Positions 25,391 to 39,296 of a stretch of 64,000 nt of DNA are shown one piece after another; the first letter of the stretch is position 1; each line of letters starts with the position of its first letter. The DNA comes from Octopus sinensis. Taxonomy: Eukaryota. Made by a program: the position numbers and the translations under genes. The stretch lies in contig NC_042998.1 in the NCBI RefSeq assembly GCF_006345805.1, forward strand, positions 36,394,001-36,458,000. Direction: 5' to 3'. The notes under the pieces were generated by a model. It ran no database searches. It was not told the DNA's origin and was given only the letters and a program-made list of their open reading frames with translations.

Positions 25391-25976
25391 CACGGTACCG
25401 TTGTAGGTTTAGTGTGTGATATTTAGGTTTTGAATGGATGATGCATGGTTGTAAACTTTCAGGAAGGAAGCCTGTAGTTAGTGTACTTATTTGACCGAAA
25501 AGTGAAAGCGTTGAAGAACAGATGCTCTATGATGTAGAAGGAACGCAGAATAAAGCGATACAAATATTAATCGAAACCTCTGTTAGTCTTCTCAATCTTT
25601 CCACATGAACATTTAACAGAACTTAATGAACATTATGTGTAAAATCTTTACGATTAACACCCAAGGTTGTTTAAATATAAGGTTTTTCAACAAATATTGG
25701 CAAACAGCTTTCTCATAAATGCTCCTCACAATATACTCTTTGGCAAAAAATGGGTTAGTACTGGGGAAAAATGGTATCGAAATATTCAACTTTTTCAGTA
25801 GATTCCCCCATCAAATTAAATGACAGTAAACTCAAGTTAGTATTGTATACTGGCATCAGATTATATTACAATATTTTTGTATAATTTTTCTTATTTTCTT
25901 TTCTTTTTATCACTGTTTTTGTATTACAATAGGTATCACTAATACAACCATATGTATTTTATAAATTGCTACAAAT

Positions 25977-26138
25977 AGGTGAAGACGTGGCTGTGTGGTA
26001 GGAGGTTTGCTTCTCAGGCATATGGTTCCGTGTTCAGTCCTACATCGAGTTATCTTAGGCAAATATCTTCTACTATAGCCTTAGGTCAACCTGAAATTAT
26101 GAGAGATTTTTGTGGACTGAAACTGAAAGAAGCTCGTC
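25977..26138 (+). mobile_element. SINE family 2
   Basis: gtggctgtgtggtaggaggtttgc head and aaactgaaagaagctcgtc tail running into (TA)n. Confidence 0.7.
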
Positions 26139-26172
<34 letters not shown>

Positions 26173-26180
26173 GTATATAT

Positions 26181-26241
<61 letters not shown>

Positions 26242-26477
26242 TATATATGTATATGTGTGTGAGTGTGCGCCATATGCAGAGCATTTCTGCATATTTACAT
26301 TATTGTGTATTGGGCAACCACACACGTTTACGTGTTCGATTCTCAAAATGTAATCATACTTAAAATACACACACATTTATAAAGAAATTTGTATCAATAC
26401 ATCTATAAGGAAAAAATACCGATTACTGTTGAAATTTCTGATATAAATATATATAAATACCAACACACACGCGCGTA

Positions 26478-26535
<58 letters not shown>

Positions 26536-26675
26536 GCCCTCTATACAAATAATAAATTAATATTTTCAAAGGAAAAAACTTATTTTCGAATTTTTTTCTT
26601 ATGAGGTTTTTCACGCTAACTACCTGATAATTTCTTGTTAAGATTCCTTATTAAGAAGTTATCCTTAATTGTTAA

Positions 26676-26719
<44 letters not shown>

Positions 26720-27486
26720 ATAATATATATATATATATATGCATATGTATATGTATGCATATATATTTGTATGTTTACGAGGCTTTGAGCCTATGTACGA
26801 CGGATTCTTCTCGCACCTTCAATTTTATATGCAAATTGTTTCTTCCTCGACTGCTGTCTCACTTCAAACTCTCTGTCCCTAATTTTTTTTAATACTTCCC
26901 ACTTCCTCAGGCTCTTTTATTAATCATATATCACCACCTCTTTCTTTATCTCTCTCTCTCTCAATGTTTCTCTTTTTGGTTTTTCTTTCTATCACTTAAG
27001 ACTTGATTTTAATTCCTTCATTGACTGTTAATTGACACAAATGCTCTCCTTCTAAGTAATTCTCGCTCTCTCTACCCTCTTCTGCGCTCTCTTTTTCATA
27101 CTAACAACTCTTCAGAAACGATTTACAACGTCTGAAGCACAAGAAGCAAGAGAAGTAGGAAAAAAGAAAGAAACAAAAGACAAGAAAAAATAAATTTGAA
27201 AGGAGGGAAAGAGGATCGGGAAACTGTTTTCACCTGGATGAACGTTGTCCATTCGCTTTTTATCTCGTTCTCTTCCTTTGTCTTTCTACTTTACACTCAT
27301 CAATTCTCCTTGTCTTCCTCAAAACTTACTGTCCGTCATAAAAGTCTCCCAGATGGCCTACGCGATAGAACTACGCAATTTTACTGGAAGGAGGTTACGT
27401 CCTGTATATCTTTCGTCATTAGTCAAAGAATACTTTAAGAAAATAATTTCTAAGCGAGGTGTGAACAGGAGCCGCACGACATCGTA

Positions 27487-27654
27487 AAGTATATTTGCTA
27501 CCTAAATGTGGCTAACCCTGGAGATGGGAACGATGACTTCCCTTTGAAAATATTGATAGGGCACAGATAGCTGGAGGACATGTCTTCCTGGGGCTAAAAG
27601 CTACAGTAGCATCGACCCTTAAGGGTTAGCCACATTTAGGTGGCAAATATACTT
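27487..27654 (+). mobile_element. Short fold-back element, 33-bp inverted arms around a family X core
   Basis: Arms 27487-27519 and 27622-27654 (1 mismatch); core homologous to about 53330-53430. Confidence 0.75.
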
Positions 27655-27751
27655 CACTTTCAGAAAAGTTTCTTTTCAACTCCTGATATTATTGGTTTCA
27701 CGTGTGCAGGCTTGATCCATGGCAATATGTGGACATTCGAAAAGACGGCAA

Positions 27752-28145
27752 GCTGACAGAAACGTTAGGACGCCGGGCGAAATGCTTAGCGGTATTTCGT
27801 CTTTCTTTACGTTATGAGCTCAAATTCCGCCGAGGTCGACTTTGCTTTTCATCCTTTAGGGGTCGATAAATTAAGTACCAGTTACGCACTAGGGTTGATA
27901 TAATCGACTTAATACGTTTGTCTGTCCTTGTTTGTCCTCTCTGTGTTTAGCTCTTTGTGGGTAGTAAAGAAATAGGTATTTCGTCTGTCTTTAAGCTCTG
28001 AGCTCAAATTCCACCGAGATCGACTTTGCCTTTGATCTTTCGGGAGTCGACGAATTAAATACCAGTTGAGGAACTGGGATCACTCTAATCGACTGGCTCC
28101 TTCCCCTAAAATTTCGGGCTTTGTGCCTAGAGAAGAAAAGAATAT
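27752..28145 (+). mobile_element. SINE family 1 dimer (head-core-A-core-B)
   Basis: Two cores separated by the A segment ending gtgggtagtaaagaaata. Confidence 0.85.
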
Positions 28146-29940
28146 TTGGAAATTCGATCTTAAGTAGTTGTCATGGAAAAGGTAATATATAATATTCAAT
28201 GGTTTTATGCTGAATCGATGCTAAACATTCGCCATCTTAATTTCGTTTTATACTGAAATTTCAGGTATGATTTAACAATTTTCGGGTTTTACATCTACAT
28301 CCTGGATTTCATTTAGCATCTAATCCAGAGGCCGAATGCTTGTACGCTAACAGGTACCTTTAATCAAATTGCGAGCTACCGATGTGTTGCATACGTAAAA
28401 ATTCCGTGGACCATAATTATTCTGTGGTTACATGCTTCTTGTTACAGGGTTCCTCAAAGGAAGTATTTTCATCTATTTCTAATGCTAAGTATATGTGGCA
28501 TTCCTAATCAGATGTGGGTGAAATAGTGCAGTCATTTATATGATGTTACTTGATAAGATTTTAGTTGTCCTTTGTCTTTCAAGCATTGAAAATATTTTTG
28601 CAATATTTACCCGAGCTAAAATCAGTCCCTATATCTTTTGAGAATGTCAGCAGGGAGGAATGAAGAGATTCGCATCATCTGTATGAGTTAGCGTTTTGGA
28701 TGTGGCTGCATGTACGAACCGAATTATAGAAGGTTGAGAGAGGTGCTGACACAACCGAAACCACCATAGTTAATTTTGTGGTGATGCGATCAAGCAGGAG
28801 ACTATAAGTCTGAAAGGGGCGACACAAAGAGCAGTTTGTAGCCGGGACGATTTTTTAGATTTGCACGGCCAGAGATAGTTAAATATTTTTCAGAGGTCGA
28901 GAAGAACATCATTACTTTTAGCGAACGTTTTAAAAGTAGGAACCAATGGTGAGTGTCAAAAGTAAGTCTCCAGTGGGTTTTCGGCAAAAGTCGTGCTGGC
29001 GGTCGTTAAGGAGAGAAAGAAAGTCAAGGGGTTGCAGAATGAAATTCTTAGCGTTTGTCTTCATTAACTAAAAATCGCAGCAGCATGGAAGTCGAGTCGC
29101 GAGAAAATCTCTCATCGTCAGTTTTAATAATAATAAAAAAAAACCTATATATACCCTACAACATGTATTGAGCACTATTTTCTCATTCGTCCGACATCAT
29201 GCAGTGTATGCTTGTGTGTTGTGTATATGTGTGTGTATGTGTTGTGTGTGTGTTGTGTGTGTTTATGTTTACATACATATGTATATAACTATATGCATGC
29301 TTGTGTATGCGTGAGAATGTATATACATTTACATACATATGTTAATGCGGCTCCAATGGTTTCATGCTGGATTGCAGCCATTTTATCAATTATTCAGTCA
29401 CAGATAGAATAATGCTGTCATAAGATCCATACCTCCTCTATGTGGAAAATGGCATTTATCAGATAATTTTGGGAGGGGTCTGCACTTTCTTAGTGGTTCA
29501 ATAGTGATATTTGGGTTGTTTCCCTTGTGATAAAAAACTGCGGACCCATATTTGAGGGACTGTTATGCTTATCTTTAAAACATCTTTCTATTAATTACAA
29601 TACAATATTTATTTGAACGTAGAAAGTGTATTTCTGTTGGTGCCAGGAAGTGTTTAGGATGATCTGTGGCCACGTTTATGCTATACACTCAATTAAACCT
29701 CAGTCTTTTGCCACGCCTAAAACATTTGACTTATCCTTGAGATGTTTGGCACACAGCGTAAGAAATATGGTTGGCACCTCAGTGTTATTCTAGCTGCTCT
29801 TAGAAATTGCTAAAATCCATTACATTTAGCATGAAACCTGTATTACTATAGCTCTGCAATAAAACCATTCAGTCAATTAAAAGTAATTCTTCATCCACCA
29901 ATGCGGTGTTCATTATTCACTTAGTTGTCTGTTACTAAGG

Positions 29941-30051
<111 letters not shown>

Positions 30052-30559
30052 GACCAATGTACCCATGATAATGACGGGTAATTATTGGTTTGGAGCCAAA
30101 TTCAAATAAAAAAATGTAGGATTGTCCTGCAGGGAGCGCTGTAATCTGATTGTTATCTTTGCCTCTGCCTACAATCTCAAACAATACAAAGAGAAAATAG
30201 TCTGTTCTTGAATATGATAACGAAAGATTCTCCACCCTTTTCCCTTGGTGTTTAATAAAATTTATTGAATTATTTCAACTCAGTATTTACGGTCGTTGAC
30301 GCCACATATATATAACCGATGTCCATTACAAACATTGAAGTATGCTTACGTTTGGTACGCTCTCACTCAATGATTGCTTATGTAAACCACTTATAAGGGT
30401 AGTCCTTACACAATGGATATTTTCGTTAAGGAGATATCTCTCAGACGACATGACTATATAAGTCATGAAACGACAATCTAGCTTTGTTTTCTCTCTATCT
30501 CTTTGACTCCCAGTCTGTGTATCTCTCTATCTATCACTCTCTCTATATTAAAATATATA

Positions 30560-30616
30560 TATAAATAAGTGTGCATGCATACATTCATATATATGTAATA
30601 TGTACATATATATATA

Positions 30617-30661
<45 letters not shown>

Positions 30662-30735
30662 GTATATATATATGTATATATATGAATATATAGATATATA
30701 TATATATAATTACACACACACACGCACGCACGCAC

Positions 30736-30767
<32 letters not shown>

Positions 30768-30805
30768 CATATACATAATATATATATATCTGTATAAGGT
30801 AATTA

Positions 30806-30836
<31 letters not shown>

Positions 30837-30859
30837 CATATCTGTATCAAGGTAATTAC

Positions 30860-30891
<32 letters not shown>

Positions 30892-31260
30892 GTAATTACT
30901 TGATACAGATATATATATACATATATACATATATACATATATATATATATGTAATTACCTTGATACAGATATATATATACATATATACATATATACATAT
31001 ATATATATATAAATATATATATATATATGCGTACATATATGTGTGTATGCACATATATGTACGCACAAACAGATCTTTCTATCTATCTCTCTACTATCTA
31101 TCTACATCTCTCTCCCTTTATATATGTCTGTAGTGTGTGTGTGTAATATGTGAATATGTGTAATATCTATATGTATATATATATTTGTGTATATATATCT
31201 ACATATATATATGTATATATATGTATGTGTATATATATATATATATGCATACATATCGAT
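30560..31260. repeat. (TA)n-rich tract containing two direct and two inverted copies of a 20-bp motif
   Basis: atctgtatcaaggtaattac at 30788 and 30840; reverse complement at 30892 and 30951. Confidence 0.85.
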
Positions 31261-31871
31261 ATACATTCATACATATAAATTCAAATACACACACACGTAT
31301 ATATATCATCATCATCATGATCACGATCACCAGGCATTGACAAAATGCAGCTTCTTACACAAATTGTAGGCAAGCAGACGGAAGCTTTTGCTTTTATGCG
31401 AAAAACTTCAAAAAATTTTAATTTGCATGCCTTATCTGAAACATTCTTTCATATATCATAAACATGCCGTTAAGTAGGCAATAAAGAAGTTAATGTTTGT
31501 CGGCTGACACTTTCATGGATAGCTACACACCGTTTAGAGTGGTCGCCGTATACAATTTTCTATAGAGAAATTAGCGGCACTACTCAACTATAAGTACCAG
31601 AATATCCACATTATTTCTGCAGATTACTTATCTTTCTGTCGATTATCTATCTTTCTATAGAAAGTGAGCAATTTCATTTATTGAAATTGTTTTTTTAAAC
31701 ATGTAAACAAGCACACACAGCCGTATATACACGCCCGCATACACCTTAATAAAAGCAATGTGCAGTTAAGATCAACTGCTCCTTCCGGACGTCATATTTC
31801 ATCACTGTAAAACCTCAGTGGAGAGCTAACAGTGATAACTAAAAATTGACTGTCATTTAGATATAAAATAT

Positions 31872-31908
<37 letters not shown>

Positions 31909-32069
31909 TCTTTCGTTATAGCTCGCTTTTCTCTTCTTCACTCTCACTATTGCCACATATATTCAGAAATATATACTACATACGCACATCTCGTTTGTAT
32001 GTATGTATGTATGTATGTATGTATGTATGTATGTATACATGCATGCATGTATGTAGGTAGGTAGGTGCA

Positions 32070-32100
<31 letters not shown>

Positions 32101-32107
32101 ATATCTA

Positions 32108-32147
<40 letters not shown>

Positions 32148-32166
32148 TCTATCTGTCTGTCTCTGT

Positions 32167-32204
<38 letters not shown>

Positions 32205-33458
32205 CTATCTATCTATCTATCTATCTATCTATTTATCTATCTATCTATAAAGCTATTTATCTATCTGTGTGTGTGTGTGTGTGTGTTGCCTACGTTGGTG
32301 TGTCCTGTGAATTTTTATGCAGTTATCTATTTATATTTCCGTATGATTGTGCATAGATGTTTGCATCTGTCTGTATCGAACATAAAATGCTCAAGATAAC
32401 ATTTCTATAATATATCAAAACAAATCAATGAAAGCATCGAAACAAATGTCCTTTAGATGTTTAATAACCCATTTAAATTCTATTCCCAAATGCTCAGGTT
32501 TTTCATTTTTTTTTTTACAATACATCATCGAAATTTTCCCTACCATTCTGGCAGACACCGTAGTATATTTACTGTAATGCAATCTTTACTAGAATCTTTA
32601 GAGTAAACTAAATCTTCAAAACAACCTGACTAAAGTATTCCTATGAATAAGTAGGATTGCTTGAATGAAAAAGGGAAAAGTCTTTTACTTGTCAAATCTT
32701 GATATTTATAAGCTTAGTGAATAACTAGCCACTATCTCCTAACCTATCGTTTTCTATGCGATAAAAAAATTAACCATCAAAAATGAAATACTATCTAACA
32801 TGTTGTTTATAGTTTCTAGTCTTCCTACTTGAATAATTCCTTCAATATTCAAGCTTTGAAGAGTTAAAATTCTTAGGAAAAAAACACCTCATGCTCCTAA
32901 AGACGGAAATATAGTTGGACGCTAAAAAATGGCGTCTGTGTGAAAAGAGCGAAATGCTTTGTATTTGTTATTGATTCCCACAGGGAAGAAACAAACATGC
33001 AAAGGCGCTTAATCCCTCGCCTTTGAAATCTGTACAGATAACATGTTGATGTGTGACGCAGCGTCTCAATAGTTAACACGGAAATGCATTTAATGCCTGG
33101 TTTAGACCTGGTGAAAAAAATATTTTTTGTTGTTAGTAGTAACAAAGTGAATGAAAGCTGAAAATAACATGAACAGTTTGTTCAGTATAATGGCTCTGTC
33201 TGTGGAGATAATGCAAACATACAGGTTATGGAGAACATTGTTATTGAAAGCAAAGTTTTCTTTGTTAAAGTAAATATCTTATTGAGATATACAGGATTAG
33301 ATACAAAAACTTCTCGTACGATATTTCATTTCAAATTTTTTTGAGAAATGACCTGATGCGACGTTTATGTTACTTCTCTTCAGAAATGGAGAAGTGTGTT
33401 TCAACTCATATAAGAATAAACGTACGTACGTGTATGCATTTATGTACACACACACCAC

Positions 33459-33493
<35 letters not shown>

Positions 33494-33601
33494 CGCACAA
33501 ACACACACAAAAAAACATTTATATAATTATACATATATACTTATACCTAAATATATGTATTTATATATGCATGTATATATATCTATAAAAGTCTCTCTCT
33601 A

Positions 33602-33668
<67 letters not shown>

Positions 33669-33750
33669 TCACATCTATACATACACACTTATGTACATAT
33701 TGTAACTGTGTATATACATACTTATACCTATCTCACTCGCTCTCTCTTTC

Positions 33751-33795
<45 letters not shown>

Positions 33796-35904
33796 ACAGG
33801 AAGTTGGGAGAACAGGCTTTAATCCAATCACTACAATTGTTTCTGTGCATTACCATTAGCTGGTAAATGCTGAGTGTTTCACATAATATACAGATGTGTA
33901 CTTACACGTCATCAGGTGAGTGGTTTCGAGTCCAATTTTGGATTATCTATAATTTCCCATTGGTTTATATCCATATTTTACTTTTAGCATTCCTTTGAGA
34001 AAGCACAATTAAAATACACCTGATCCCTTTAGAGTGTAAGAAGTTATCGGCTAAAACACTTGCCTGAATGTGGATTTCTTCTCTGAAGACCTTTTGCTGC
34101 TCAGCCCTCTTACCATTTTATCGACAACATATATATTTCACTTTATCTTGCGTATTGAATGCTCTGATTTTTCGTTTTTGTAAACAATTATAGAGAGTAT
34201 TAGTATAAGATCCAATATAGAACCATACACGTACTGATCGTTTTGAAATACGGTAATTATCGACGAACTAATTCGCCACCTGAACGTCGTTTCCTTTTGA
34301 AGTTATCTTTAAATGACATAACACTCTTAGAAATATTACCAAGTTGTGAATATGACAAGGCTTCAATATGGTTCGCTTGGTAAAATTGCTAATGTTTTTA
34401 TTCAGAACCACTCAGTTTTTGAAGAATTAGATCTATGGATAATAGCATCCCGTACGTGACTTTCGTGTATTTTATTCAGATACACTATATCAAAATCTCA
34501 CCGGTTCACACTTCATTTCCTTTTTTTAAGATGGAATTCTATTAGATCGTGTTCACAACGTAGAGGCTCCTTGTTGCCGATGATATTAAATGAAGCCTCT
34601 TAATTGTCCTTCACCAAATACATTGCTTTTATCTAAAAGAAATATCAATTAGCTTGAATTAAGTAAATAGTAGGTGCCACTCATATGTGGTTTCCAAATA
34701 TTCTGAACGTTCCACGAGGCTCGAAGTATTTACTTTAGTGAGCTATATCGTCATTATTCAGGTGCGATGTACTCCCTTTGACTAATGATTCTCAAAAGGG
34801 ATCCACGTTTCCCTTGGATTTTGTTGTTCAAACTTATCTGGAATAAATTGGTTATGCATCTACGATACAAAATATTTTAACAATTTTTTTATACGATTCC
34901 TAAATAATATTTAAATATATAAACATAACAGATGTCTATAAACATCAAATAACTATGAGGTCCACCCAAAGAAAATAATTGTCAAAGTGATCCTTGGTAT
35001 GGAATGGTTGTGGTCGATTTCATTAGACAATAGTGGCACTCACTCTGGATAGATTGTATACGAAGATATAATAATCTTATTGTCCACTTTTGGACTTGCT
35101 GAAAATATAATGGTAGATAAATTTATATATAATACAATATCAAATCTTGTGTGTTGAAATTATCACAAATATGTGATTTATTATATATGAAATCTTAACA
35201 CACTAAAATAAGTATGAAACAGTATTTTGAGAACCATATATACAGAACCAAACGACATTCTCCTAATTAGATCGAGAAATAATTATTTTGAGAAAAGTAT
35301 CGTTGGTGTATGTGCATTTAACAATATCGACAAAATTTAGGTAAATTGAATTTTTAATTATAAATCAGAACGCGCTATAATATATTTTAGGTTCGCATAA
35401 CACGTAATTTGGATTCTAGAGTTGTTAAAATATAAAGGAGAATAAATAAGAATTTCTCTCGATGACTAGGCTATTTTACGCTTAAATTCCATCAACTTGA
35501 GTTTAACGGAATTGTCAACGCCAGAAGAAATTAACGGCAATATGTTATCAGTTATTCTCAAAATCTAATTCGATGGCTAATTAATTTCTTGATAGTCATT
35601 GAAAAGTGTCAAACATTGCAAAACAAAACAAAATTATAAGCTGGTATTGTTATAGGAATGTAGGAGTGAGAAAAATATATCGCCTTTAGGAATTTTATCA
35701 TAACAATAATTAATTCGGTGTTCGTGAGATATATTTTCTTGTTATAAATTTCGAATTGTGAACCTCTCAAACGAAATAGTAGAACAAATATTTGCGTGTT
35801 GGTTGGTCTTGAAAACGAATACAACTGAAAAATTATCTAGAGTTAACATTTTTGAAATAGGATGTCCACAAACGCAACTTTTCAAGACTGTAAAATCCAA
35901 AGTG

Positions 35905-36032
35905 CAGAATCGTTAGCATGATGGACTAAATGCTTAGCGGCAATTCGTCTGTCTTTATGTTCTGAATTCAATTTCCGCTCAGGTCAACTTTGCCTTTCAA
36001 CCTTTCGTGGTCGATAAAATAAGTACCAATTG
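35905..36032 (+). mobile_element. SINE family 1 partial copy
   Basis: gaatcgttagca..aaatgcttagcgg..ttcgtctgtctttatgttctga core. Confidence 0.7.
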
Positions 36033-36387
36033 AACGCTTCTGAGATTGCTGCCCTTCTGTCAAAATGAATGTATTTTTGCGTGTTTCCTAGAAACATAAA
36101 TGTTCAAAGAATATCAAAGAACTTTATCCGGAATTTGTATATTTTGACTCCTGTCAGTAAAACTAAAACAATTGTAAATTCTTGAGAACAACATAAGAAC
36201 ATTAGAACTGAGAATAGCTCGGTTATTTAAGAAACTTAATTTAAGAAACATAATTTTAGAAACATAATCACCAAGCGTATCTCTTAATGTATTTGGAAAA
36301 CAAATTGTTACACGTTTTCCCAAGAAATGATAAAAATGTAAATGCTTAGCTGCTTATTACTCGGGGATTGTTTAAGTGATGTTACGC

Positions 36388-36430
36388 ACTTCTGATGAGA
36401 ACCTAACAAGGTTCGAGATTCGATGAAGGC
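36388..36430 (+). ncRNA. Degenerate minimal hammerhead motif
   Basis: ctt-CTGATGA-gaacc(taacaa)ggttc-GAGA-ttcg-ATG-aag. Stem II is perfect, but A14 and the cleavage triplet are mutated. Confidence 0.4.
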
Positions 36431-36959
36431 CATTCGTTATATAATTAGTCTATGAAGAAATAGTTAAATTTCCCATGTTCGAATCTACAATATTTACATA
36501 TATTGTATCATACCTCGTTACTGTGAGGACTGAAATCCTCATCGACAGGCTGATGATATTAAGGTGCGAAATACTTATAATGTGGAAATTAGTAGCTGCA
36601 GTTTTCTTTGATTTGATGGTTATACTAACAGAATGGCTACTTGTTTCTTTGTTTAAAGGAAGTGGACATTTTTGTTGAGAACTCAATCGATTGACTCTGT
36701 TTAGCATTGTTTCTTTTTTTTTCGATCTAAAGCAAAATTGTTAAATTCGCCATGGTTGTACGTCTATTATGTAGGCCAAATTATCAAGGAAGAAAAATGT
36801 AAAACTGAGATATTCATCGGGTACGAAATTCCGTTCGCGATTACAATAGACGACATGACAATGTGGCAAGAATGATCCATTGCGAGCTCAGTGGAAATCA
36901 AAGAGTAAAGGCGTGGTAGGAGTAAACTCCAGAAGGAATCATAGAAAACGAAGATTGCA

Positions 36960-37595
36960 AAATCTTGTGGATGCAATGATTCAGTGCGATCACCTGACCA
37001 GACATCGGAAACCGGACATTGTTTTGGTGAATAAAAAAAAGAACTTTCATGATAATATTTTCTACTCTAAGCACAAGGCCCGAAATTTTGGGGGAGGGGA
37101 CCAGTCGATTACATCGACTCCAGTGTATAATTTGTACTTAATTTATCGACCCCGAAAGGATGAAAGGCAAAGTCGACCTCGGTAGAATTTGAACTCAGAA
37201 TGTAGCGGCAGACGAAGAATTTGCATGATAATCGACAAAGCATGTCGCGGTTACGACAGGATCAAAGAGAAAGAAGAAAAACTGAAGAACTGCGAGGATT
37301 TGAAATGAGAAATACGAAGGTTGTGGCCAATGAGGAGAGTTGACACGGTACCGGTAATAATTAGTGCACTTGGCAGTATCAGCACTCAACTGCCAGCACG
37401 ACTGAAAAAGGTCGGTGCAAATGTGAAGGTAAAACAGCTACAAAAATCAGTATTGCTCGTAACTGCAAGAATTCTTTGCAGGGTTCTTGAGACATGATCA
37501 TGTGTCACCTTAGTCTGCTAGGTCTGGATGGCTGACACTTTCCGCCATACCCATCAAAATAAGCTGAGAGTTTTCATCAAATAATAACTGCAACA
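36960..37595 (+). mobile_element. R4/Dong RLE domain and 3' end, interrupted by a SINE family 1 copy (37068-37214, minus)
   Basis: DHLTRHRKPDIVLVNKK, then after the SINE, ICMIIDxAC..DRIKEKEEKL...EIRRLW...LQKSVLLVTARIL; ends at aataataa. Confidence 0.75.
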
Positions 37596-37647
37596 TCAAT
37601 AATAACAACAACGACATTAATAATAAAATAACACGGAAAGGAAATGG

Positions 37648-38660
37648 CATGGAAAAGGTGTGGTTGCTATTTGACTCCCCCGAAGAAGCTTGCGAATTCA
37701 CAAGCCAGCCTTTGGAGGGCAAGGATATTTTGTCCCTTCCCACTTATTGTGGGAAGAAGTTGACGAGGGCTTGAGTCTGCGGTCTGCCACCCTGAATTGA
37801 CCCCGAGTGGATAGATGACACTATCCGCCGGGGTATGGGTGCAGCAGTAACAAGCTGCTCAATGTAAAACTTTTGCCTGCGGCTGATTGGGAGGGGTCAA
37901 AAGACTCAATCAGCCGAAAATCTGGTTGTTCCAGATTTTTTTTTAAATGGCCGGGTCCAGGTATCCGGTGATGCTTGAGGGACGCCACCCCCAAGTGCCG
38001 CCTGAGCCTGGAACTAGGCCATATAAAAAAAAACTGCCCTAAGGACCAAAATAAGGTCCTGGAGCAGTTGATAAAAGTATCCCTCCCTGCTCCCTCATTG
38101 GAGGGAGAGAAGGAGGAAGTCGAGGAGGTCGAAGCCTCTTCGAAAAAAGGAAGAAAACGAAAGGTGGCAACAATGGTTGCCCACAGAAGGACCCGGGGGC
38201 TGCCTTCGCAGGTGGCTGTGAATGTCATAAAGGAGAACGACCTGTTCAGGATAATGAACTCCTTCCCCAAGAATGCCTACAGATTTATGTTAAATTGGCC
38301 CGACTTGGAGTCGTCCAGGCGTTTTGCTGAGGCGAGAAGTCTGGCCGCGCAAGAATATTGTTTTATTGATTCCTAAATGGACTTGTGTAAGAGGTTTATT
38401 GTTTCAGAAAGGCTTTGTATGTCGTAAATGTAAGAGGTCTATTGCCTCCTTAATGTGTTATTGTGTAAGAGGTTTGTTGCCTCAAAATGTTTTATAAAAG
38501 AACAATGTACTCGGGTATACAGCAATCGGAGGGTGGCGCTGTTGCCCTCATTATTATCATATCGTTAATCATCCCATCTCATTATGTCCGTGTCCAGCTT
38601 TCAGCTTCCTTTCTTTGTATGACCCTTGTGGCCAATTAAATGAAAAGAAGAAATGAAAAG
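37648..38660 (+). mobile_element. Tx1/L1 ORF1 remnant joined to a 3'UTR with no ORF2 (HAL1-like)
   Basis: LFDSPEEA..LPTYCG and VMLEGRHPKCRLSLELGHIKKNCP align with ORF1 of the long LINE. Stop at 38376, then a UTR ending cccttgtggccaattaaatgaaa. Confidence 0.6.
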
Positions 38661-38731
38661 AAGCTTGCTTCCCAACCACGTGATTGCATGTGGATTTGGT
38701 AGACGGAAACTGAAAGAAGATCACTCTCTCT

Positions 38732-38799
<68 letters not shown>

Positions 38800-39296
38800 G
38801 CATATATATAAGGTGTGTTATGAGCATTTATAGAAATTAAAATTTTTGTAAAGCTTTTAAACTCTTCTCTTCTTCATCTTTAATTGTTTGTTGAGTTTCT
38901 ATAGGATATGTGTTCTATCAATGCTCACAACACACCTTATACTTGTAACATTTTCATATTAAATAAAATACTTATAACAGTAAGCTACAAATTTACTATG
39001 ATGAATTTTTATTAAAAATCTAACAAACTAAAAGTGTGAAACTCATCTCAACCTTTGTCATATATATGTATATGTGCGTGTGTGTGTGTGGTGTGTGTAT
39101 TTGTCCCCGTACTATAGCTTGACAACCGATGTTGGTGTGTTTACATCACCGTAACCTAGCGGTTCAGAAAAAGTGACCGATAGAATAAGTACTAGTCGAT
39201 CTGTTCGAATAAATGACTGAAACTAGCAAAAGAAAAGAAAAACGACACAGAATATGTATTCTATTCTGTACGCACACCCATACATACATCTATGTC

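Noticed and set aside
27610-27632. piggyBac-type CCC-TTAA-GGG ends
   Set aside because: The TTAA lies inside the element, and the outer ends lack TTAA duplications.
30442-30480. CAGACGA-hairpin-GAAAC hammerhead candidate
   Set aside because: The core is mutated, and there is no cleavage triplet or stem I.
33865-33925. CTGATGA...GAAAC on the minus strand as a hammerhead
   Set aside because: No NUH triplet with a matching stem I or stem III.
36548-36585. CTGATGA...GAAA hammerhead candidate
   Set aside because: Stem II and stem I do not pair.
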